Positions 20,311 through 28,560 of a DNA stretch of 28,560 bases are shown piece by piece (the first letter of the stretch is position 1; each line of letters begins with the position of its first letter). The translations under genes and the position numbers were made by a program. Under the pieces are notes generated by a model. That model was not told where the DNA came from. It saw only the letters and a program-made list of their open reading frames with translations, and did no database searches. This DNA is from Octopus sinensis (Eukaryota): assembly GCF_006345805.1 (NCBI RefSeq), contig NW_021833510.1, positions 1-28,560 on the forward strand, given 5' to 3'.

Positions 20311-20893
20311 AGGCTTCCATTGGGACACACCTTATGCGAATATGTACGTGTATGTATATATGAGTGGGTGTGTAACTTGTATTTGTGTATATACACACAC
20401 ACACACATATGTATATATATATGTGTGTGTATATACATGTATGTATATGCATACATAGAGAGTTGGGTATAGTACGAAAGAATTAGTAACACTGATATAT
20501 TAAACAAACAATATACAGCCATTATTGACTGTGTCAAAAAAACACAACACTATCTGTTTCATCAAACGAACTTAAGATCCAATCTCTTGTTAAAAGAAAA
20601 CACCCCCAACCCCACGCTTCCTCACTCACCCACACATACTCTCACTATTAGACTCTATAAAATAGTGAGAAACTGTTAAGACAGTTAATAATCAGGTTTT
20701 GGTGTTTTTTTTTTAGCAAGACGATATCAAGTGAAGGACATCCGCACAGACAACCGCCCATACATTCGAGCAGTTGTTTAATAGGGCCACAAGTGTTTCT
20801 TCCCTGTTTGTGGTGAGAAAACTTAAGTAGTCTTGATATATAGATATATAATACGTATGTATGTATGGATGTAAGTACGAACGTATGCGTGTA

Positions 20894-20895
<2 letters not shown>

Positions 20896-20987
<92 letters not shown>

Positions 20988-21156
20988 CTTATCTATCTAT
21001 CTATCTAGCTCTTATATGTATATATAAATACATACATATATACACACTCACACACACATATATATATATATGTATAAGTACTTACGTATATATATATATA
21101 TATATATATACACATACATATATGTGTGTTTTATATATATTATATATATAATATAT

Positions 21157-21220
<64 letters not shown>

Positions 21221-21240
21221 GCGCGCGTGTGTGTGTGTGT
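20896..21240. repeat. (TATC)n (about 27 units) followed by (TA)/(CA)/(CG)/(TG) tracts
   Basis: Directly visible. Confidence 0.95.
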
Positions 21241-21804
21241 TCTCAATTGACACAGCCATTTATACAGACCTCGTCAGTCCCGCTAGTCACATGTCATATA
21301 AATCTCCGCCTTTCATAGCTTTTAGCTACTTAAACTTCACTTGAGTTTGTTGGCACTGTACTGAAAAATAACAGCAACACCAGCAACAATGAATAAACTA
21401 AAAATGAGAAAGAAACTATATTTTCTTTCCCTTTTTGTTTTTCTCTTTTTTTTCCATTTCTTTGAAAATATAAACCAATTTATCTTAATCTTTTCACGAA
21501 ACAATAAATCAGTCCCTGTTTTACATACATAAACCACAAAATCTTTTAGTCTTTGCGCCATACACTTTCCTTTCTTCTGTCTGAAGTATCGTCTGCTTCT
21601 CTTCATTGTTGGTTGTATGGCGTACGATATCATGTTGCTTGTTTGCTTATGGATTGCTTGCTTGCTTGTTTGTTTGCCTGTCTGATTGTCTTTCAAAAGT
21701 GAACAATACTTGAAACTAATATAAGGGACCCCGCATTTTTAAAAATTCGCTTTTAGGCCCATAGAAAAATAAAACTTTGCGAACCTATTTTGTTTTCTAT
21801 CCGT

Positions 21805-22386
21805 CCTGGTGTCACAGCATTTTTTTTTACCTATGAACCTCTTTTAATTCCTATTTTACTCTGCTTCTCCTTCATAGTCATATATAAAACACCCTGCTGT
21901 ACTGGAGGAGTATAGCTCAGTGGTTAAGAGCGTCGGGCTGTCAATCACGAGGTAGTGAGTTCGATTCTCGGACCGGGCTGTGTGTTGTGTTCTTGATCAA
22001 GACACTTTATTTCACGTTGCTCCAGTTCACTCAGCTGTAGAAATGAGTTGTGACGTCACTGGTACCAAGTTATATCGGCCTTTGCCTTACCATTGGATAA
22101 TATCCGTGGCGAGGAGAGGGGAGGCTGGTATACATGGGTGACTGCTGGTCTTCCATAAACAACTTGTCCGGACTTGCGCCACTTTCTATGTGCAATCCCA
22201 TGGTCATTCGTGACCAAAGAGGGTCTTTACTGCCTTACTATAGTTCAATATAGTTAAAAAATGTATACGTAAAAAACAAATTAAATACCTTGTGCATAGT
22301 GTAAGCTATTCATTGATGGTAAATTTTTACAACTAAATCTTATATGAAACCTCAAAGGCCATATCGACCCCGATTGAGGACCACTT
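21805..22386. mobile_element. Degenerate hAT MITE interrupted by SINE C
   Basis: Left end ..cagcattttttttttacctatgaacc; right end aaatcttatatgaaacctcaaaggccatatcgaccccgattgaggaccact, like 2975-3025. Confidence 0.6.
21904..22230 (+). mobile_element. SINE C (tRNA head, conserved central box, distinct tail)
   Basis: ggaggagtatagctcagtggttaagagcg (A box)...gagttcgattctc (B box)...tgtgttcttgatcaagacacttta...ccagttcactcagctgtagaaatgag; candidate TSD CTGCTGTACT/CTGCCTTACT. Confidence 0.85.
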
Positions 22387-22544
22387 CAATTTCTATATAT
22401 GTATCCATTTCTATATATGTATGCATGTGTGTGTGTGTGTGTAACACTTGAGATTTCGCTTCCAGCTAATGATATAGACTGGTTCTTATTTTTAGGTAAA
22501 TGTTTGGAGAGTGGAATTGGCCCTGTGCAAAGCCTGTGTATATA

Positions 22545-22708
22545 TAGGTGCAGGCAAGGCTGTGTGGCAAGAACCTTGCTTCCCAACAACATGGTTTCGG
22601 GTTCGGTGCCACTGCATGGCGCCTTGGACAAGTGTCTTCTACTATAGCACCGGGCCGACCAAAACTATGAGTGGATTTTGTTGAGGGAAACTGGAAGAAG
22701 CCCGTCCT
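22545..22708 (+). mobile_element. SINE A 5' half running into a long (TA)n
   Basis: taggtgcaggcaaggctgtgtggcaag...ggttcggtgccactgcatggcgccttggacaagtgtcttctactatagc...gaagaagcccgtc. Confidence 0.85.
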
Positions 22709-22759
22709 ATATATATAATATATATATATATATGAATGTTATATATATATATATGTATA

Positions 22760-22826
<67 letters not shown>

Positions 22827-23409
22827 TATATATGTACATATATATATATACACACAACATACAATATCTGTATGTATATACTCACACATCTTTTATATGC
22901 AAACGTATATACACATATATATATACACTCACACTCATACATATGTGTGTGTGTGTTATCCTTCTGACAAGTGACAGAGATCTCTCCTCCAAAATAGTTT
23001 TTGCTCCATGTATTCATATCATACATCAAAAGATAAGCTTGATTTCATGGTGATACCGTAATGACACCCAACGGTTTTCGTATTCTCATTTGTTTCTCTT
23101 TCTAAAACAACGTCTCGAAATTTAGAAATAGTAAGAGAAAGCAAATTTCGTTGGTGTTGGTGTTGGTGATTGTGTTCTTGTTTGTGCAAGGTGTTCGATT
23201 TGACAACAGAACATAAGGACAACAGAACCTTGTATAGTGATTCATCGAAATACGACTTAGTAAGTGGAAAAGACTTTCTAGTTGATTATTAGGTTTGCTA
23301 ACACTTAACCGTCACCAAAAGAGAGGAAGAAATTCACACATTGGATAATGATGTTCATGGCATATGCGATTGCTTTGACTGGGACGTCTTTCTCACCAGT
23401 GTGTGACAA

Positions 23410-23467
<58 letters not shown>

Positions 23468-23470
<3 letters not shown>

Positions 23471-24243
23471 TAAACAGTAAAATTAATTACAGACATGGAC
23501 AAGAACATGAAACACCACAGAGACGACACAAGAACCACAGGACGGACATTCGAAGCCCTCAGTCATCAGTCAAGAACCAGATCATCTTAGCAATTTCGGC
23601 TGATTAATCTTGAGATTGCTCCGATATGGCCAGCCCGCCAAGGGAATCTAAGCCAAGCGCATTAGATCCCCTGGAAAGAAAGCTTCGAATGTATACAACG
23701 AAAGGACGGAAAACGATCGAAGTACCCAACAAAAATACAGAATAGTGACACCAACACCAATAAGAATACAAAAACGTAAAAACAATAACGGTAAAAATAA
23801 AAAATAACAACAAAACAAAACCAGGACGTAGGACAGGGTCTTTCGACAGGACGATTTGAGTATGGGGCTGGCTTGTGAAGTTGTGCCTAAAGGCCACGGG
23901 GAGACGAACAAATACGTGTTGCTTCTGCGGCTGCTGAAAACGAAAAGAGCGCTCAACAGCGGCTAGCTGTCACGTGAGAACAAAAGACAGGAGAAAGGGA
24001 CAGATGAAAAGGGAGAGAAGGTGTGACGAGGGAGGAGAAGAAAGAGACAGGCTCGAGGGGGCTGGAGGTGAGAGAGATAGAGAAACGTAGAAGGGGGGGG
24101 GAGACGGATGGAGAGGGAAAGAAAGGAAGTGGAATAAGGGAGGAGAGAGAGAGAGAGAAAAAGAGACAGATTAAGAGTCGTATCAAAGCTAGAGAAAAAA
24201 ATATACTTATCGTATAAGGACAATTGTGGATACGTAGCCGCCG
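23468..24243 (-). mobile_element. (TA)n-embedded non-coding element of about 775 bp (candidate Penelope-like, non-autonomous)
   Basis: Sharp boundaries inside (TA)n on both sides; relatively GC/CpG-rich; CT-rich segment on the minus strand; a second partial copy at 2406-2540 with the same terminus. No TIR or ORF seen. Confidence 0.6.
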
Positions 24244-24252
24244 ATATATATA

Positions 24253-24312
<60 letters not shown>

Positions 24313-25145
24313 ATCTATATATATTATGTGCTGATATATATATATATATATGATATATATATATATATATGATAGCACTGTATCTTAAAGCAGAAACAGC
24401 TGCAAGTTAATGAAATTCATTGCACAATTTCTTGTTCCACTGTCATTTATTTAATATCCTGGTTTCAGCCAAAAACTGAGGCCATGCTGGGGCATTACCT
24501 TTCAGTGTGATTGGGTATATTTTCTGTACTGTCTTTCGTGAAGTATGTGTGTGTTGTATATATATATATATATATATATAGATATATATATATAATATAG
24601 CTTTCTAAGCAGTTTTCAGGTCTAGGACTACTTGATTTATATTCCTGTTATTCAGTATTCTGCACTTCCATATCCTTGTACTGCGGCTGTTTACTTTAGG
24701 TTTGCTCTCTCTTATGAAGTAGCACTAGGGTAAAAGGCGTTCCAGACTCAACCATCACGTTGTGAATATCACTTATCGGATCTTTTTTGTTCGGCTGCCA
24801 CTTTTCAATTTCCTCAATTTTTGTTATAATTATTTCATATTTGGTGTATTGGTGTAGTTTCGTCAAGTAATCATTGATATGAAATTAATTTTTGCCATAA
24901 TTCAATAAATAAAGAGTTAATTCCTTTTAAAGTTTGCAAATTTGGGATAAGTTTAGTTAATCGAAAGCCACAGAGATATAGGTGCCTGTTTCCATAATAA
25001 CAAGCCAAGCTGTTACCAAGCTGCTTACCACGTGTTCTTTTGTCGCTTACTAAATGCTTAAAGTGCATGCATTTGAAATGTGCTAAAAATAACAGCTAAA
25101 TAGGCTTTAAATCATGCATGAATTTTTTTTTGTTTTTATATAATA

Positions 25146-25441
25146 CTAGCAGTTTCGCCCGGCGTTGCTCGGGTTTGTAAGGGAAATAACTATATAAGCA
25201 TTTTTAGAGAGTTATAGCCAAAAAATAGCAAAAAATGCATTAAAAATGGAAAAAAAATGATGGTAAATTTTTTTTAAAATCGTTGACTCATCGTAGACGC
25301 GCGCTAATACCCAGAAGGGCTCGATATGAATCACGACTATAAGATACCCGGTTTTGGTTAAACTGCACCGCAAAATGTGGGAGTAGTTAGGAATCTAAAT
25401 CGTAGGAGACAGACACACAACTTGACTTTTATATATAAAGA
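25146..25441 (-). mobile_element. Non-autonomous Helitron, 296 bp
   Basis: The minus strand begins A|TCTTTATATATAAAAG and ends CCCGAGCAACGCCGGG (hairpin)-CGAAACTG-CTAG|T: 5'-TC, subterminal GC hairpin, 3'-CTAG, inserted between A and T with no TSD. Confidence 0.9.
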
Positions 25442-25684
25442 TTATGAACTTCTGAGTGTAGAATACAAATCTGCAAAAATTTTCAGAAAATTCCAAAAAA
25501 TAAAAAAGAAGGGTTATGGCGTGCAGAAAGTAGTATTCCGCCAATAATTCATTTGTTTACAGTTGACAACACGTGACAGTCACGTACAAAATGATAACAT
25601 CCAAATCCTGTTTTCTGACTGGGTAAAAATGATTAAAGTTTAAACTTCTGCAACTTCGAAATTTTTTCTTGAGATTCAGTAGAC

Positions 25685-25775
25685 ATAGATAAAATAAGTA
25701 CCAATTGATTACTGAGATCGATGTAATCGATTTAAATCGCTTCCAGAATTGCTGGCCTTGTGCCAAAATTTGAAC

Positions 25776-25806
<31 letters not shown>

Positions 25807-26010
25807 TATTGTTGTTGTTGTTGTCGTTGTTATTATTATCATTATTATTATTATCATCATCATCATCATTATTATTATTGTATTGTAATGCGGCGAATTG
25901 GCATTTCGTCCGTCTGTACGTTCTGAGTGCAAATTCTGCAGAGGTCGACTTTACATTTCAACCTTTCGGGTTCGATGAAATTAGTACCAGTTGAACACTG
26001 GGGTCAATTA
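25685..26010 (+). mobile_element. Two degenerate SINE D pieces separated by a (CAT)/(TAT) microsatellite
   Basis: gataaaataagtacc..gatcgatgtaatcga..gctggccttgtgccaaaatttgaa, and cgttctgagtgcaaattc..gaggtcgac..cctttcgggttcgatgaaattagtaccag. Confidence 0.75.
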
Positions 26011-26634
26011 TTAAGTTTTTTGTATTCAGTCATTGTGCATCAACACATTATCCGTTAATACGATCCTGTTTAAGACAGTATTAGGGCGAGATTTAAGGAA
26101 AATTTGCCTTCTATTTCTAGCAGGTCGCCCTTATCATGCAGAGGCCCTCGGCTATTGTTATTGCCGTAGTGTTGTTGCTATTGTTACTACCGTCGCTGGT
26201 TCATGTGACTACAACAAGCGGCTGTAAGTAGTTCTTTAATAGCTACTGTACTGAGTTATAAATTTGGACAGCCAGTGACCTTTATGGAAGAAAGTAGTTG
26301 ACCCAATTTATGCATGTATTTATTTGGGGGGGGGGGGCAACGGGGTTGGGGGCTGGGGCTATCGGTGGTGGCGTCGGCGACGGCGGTGGCGGCGTGTGTC
26401 TGCTAATAATTACATAGGAGCTGAGAACCTTAACAAGGATCACTCCTACCACCGCTAACGTCTCTATGGTAATCCAGTAAAGTTTCTTGTTTTTTTTTGT
26501 TTTTGTTTTTAACTCGCTTTGCAATCGCCGGGTTTCTGGTTCGCTCCTGTGGCTTAGCTTTCTTCGTTGACGCCATAATGGCTTACAAGATTAGCCCCGG
26601 TGGCCAAACAGGGCTCTCTAAACGATTTGGTAGT

Positions 26635-27059
26635 TATCATTTATCATTATCGTCAGCGTCGTCGTCGTTGCCATCATCATCATTGTCATCATCATTATTG
26701 TCTTCGTCGTCGACGTCGTTATCTTCATTACATTCGATGTCACCGTCATCATCATCATCGTCATCAAAACCACCACAACCACCAACTTCATCATCACCGT
26801 CGTCGTGTCCGTAATTCTCATCATCATCATCTTCGTCATCGTTGTCATCTTCATCATAGCCGTCGTCGTCGTCTCCAACACCACCACCACCAACAACAAC
26901 AACGCCTTCACCACCACCATCATCATCATTGTCGACGTCACCATCTTCATCATTATCATCATCGTCATTCTTGACGTCATCAACTTTATCATAGTCGTTG
27001 TCACCATCACCACCACCACGACCACCAGCTCCACAATCATCATCATCATCATCATCATT

Positions 27060-27095
<36 letters not shown>

Positions 27096-27110
27096 AGCAG
27101 TAGCATTATT
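26635..27110. repeat. Degenerate (CAT)/(CGT)/(CAC)/(CAG) trinucleotide microsatellite
   Basis: Directly visible; it produces homopolymeric ORFs in several frames. Confidence 0.95.
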
Positions 27111-27129
27111 GCCTTTGCTGTTGTTCCTA

Positions 27130-27570
27130 ATCTGAAGCCGTCCTTGTTCTAGGTCATTCCTAATCGATATTATCAAAGACTTTCCCGTCGTGGCCATCTC
27201 TCTTTTGTTCAACATGTAGAACTTTGAGGACATTATCCAAAATATACTTTTCTAAGATGGCTGAATATGATTGGAGGAAAAGTTGATTGCTCTTTCTAGC
27301 AGTTCAAATGACCGTATAGACCGTATAGTAGCGTCCACTGGCCGGTTATTATTGATGTTGTTGCTGTTAAACCCTCGGTCAACTCCTATAGAACAGACAC
27401 ATGATCAAAGGTAATCATTATTATAGTGACCATCCCGTCTAATTTTATATATAAAGAAGGTATATATTAACCAATGCGTCTCTCTTTTATTTCAAAAATA
27501 TCATGGAGTGAATTTGAGAGAGATTTAGTTGTTATTTTTAGCAGACAGAACAACCATATAGTTCTTTACA
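27130..27570 (-). mobile_element. Two adjacent copies of old repeat family E
   Basis: Each has ..atcaaag..gtggccatc/gtgaccatc..tattatccaa/tattaaccaa..ga(g)atttagttgt/gttgattgc..tttctagcag. Confidence 0.55.
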
Positions 27571-27734
27571 AGGTTGTTGCTTTTGTGTTGTTGCTACGAC
27601 GTTTTTCGTATTATTATTTGTTGTTGTTGTTGTTGCTGATGTTGCAGCCAAAATGTGAAAATTGTTCTTCAACATCTGAAGGAAAACAGATTGCATGTAA
27701 AATGTAAACCACAGAGTGCTAGTAACACAGTCTG

Positions 27735-27960
27735 TCAAACCACACACACGCACACACACACTCTCTCACACACATACCACACACACACACACACAACACC
27801 ACAGAGACAGGCACACACAGAGACAGGCAACACACCATACACAACACACACCACACACACAGACAGTCACATACGCAGGCGCACACAGACACATATACAC
27901 GCAACACATGCAACACGCATGCAAACCACATACAAACAACTTTTCCACGACTAAATAATG

Positions 27961-28000
<40 letters not shown>

Positions 28001-28140
28001 TAATAATAATAATATAATAATAATAATATAATAATAAAAATATAATAATAATGATAATAATAATATAATAATAATAATAATATAATAATAATAATAATAG
28101 TAACAACAACAATAAACACTACTACTACTCCACTACTACT
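27735..28140. repeat. (CA)-rich tract followed by a (TAA)n microsatellite
   Basis: Directly visible. Confidence 0.9.
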
Positions 28141-28560
28141 GGAAAGCAAAAAAAATAATAAATAAAATGTACAGCGAATGTGAGATCAAGGGCGAAGAAA
28201 AAAAATAGATATATAATAAATAATAAAAACGCCTCGATCTGGGCATTAATTGATTATGTGATATATATTGTTTTTATTATCTATATTAATTTTACTAATT
28301 TTATACAAGAAATTCAAACGATATGTGCTTGGTTGGAGCTTTTAAAATGACTCCACAACGGTTTTAATGTTTTTAGCACGTTTTTATTTACTTAAGAGTT
28401 AACTAGATTAGTGGTATTGAAACTGGTTAAGTTAAAAGACTTCGTTTTTTTTTTTTCCCTCTCTTTCTGGTTTGATGCATTTAACACTCTGTTGATTTCA
28501 CTATACACATTAGTTGAAAGTAATAATATAAAGTGCAAAAACAAAATTGAATCAAACATA

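Noticed and set aside
21904-21980. Possible tRNA gene (CTGTCAA loop, A and B boxes)
   Set aside because: The acceptor stem does not pair and the sequence continues into a SINE body; the same holds for the heads at 887, 10711 and 7945-8020.
23545-23625. Hammerhead or SECIS in the (TA)n-embedded element (CTGATGA..GAAT; CTCAAGA..GAAA; ATGA..GA on the minus strand)
   Set aside because: Helix II cannot form, GAAA is absent or misplaced, and no AA loop with a correct SECIS stem is present.
26497-27233. Long Asp-rich (198 aa), Met-rich, His-rich and Ser-rich ORFs
   Set aside because: Five overlapping frames are open over a (CAT/CGT/CAC)n microsatellite, and the start lies in repeat E; a simple-repeat artefact.

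Overview
AT-rich, repeat-saturated eukaryotic non-coding DNA (intronic or intergenic). The SINE families and dense (TA)n/(CA)n/(TATC)n/trinucleotide tracts look like an octopod cephalopod (Octopus-like) genome; this is recognition from memory, not a database result. I see no intact protein-coding gene, rRNA, true tRNA or CRISPR array, and nearly every ORF in the supplied track is a microsatellite or SINE artefact. The window contains: four tRNA-derived SINE families that appear to share modules (my labels A-D) and an older interspersed repeat (E); decayed 3' ends of LINEs from three clades (Tx1/L1-like, CR1-like, RTE-like); hAT-type, Tc1/mariner-type and probably piggyBac-like MITEs; a complete non-autonomous Helitron; and several inserts embedded in (TA)n tracts that may be Penelope-like. 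Highlights: (i) a minimal Penelope-type hammerhead ribozyme remnant at 16240-16276 (-); (ii) a CR1-like LINE whose 3' tail matches the SINE A tail, a candidate SINE/LINE partner pair; (iii) a four-level nested insertion at 1450-3580 whose host LINE can be rejoined; (iv) a (TA)n-embedded element family with a structured core; (v) a speculative 24-nt neural-type microexon at 7078-7101. Coordinates of degenerate repeats are approximate (about 10-30 bp).
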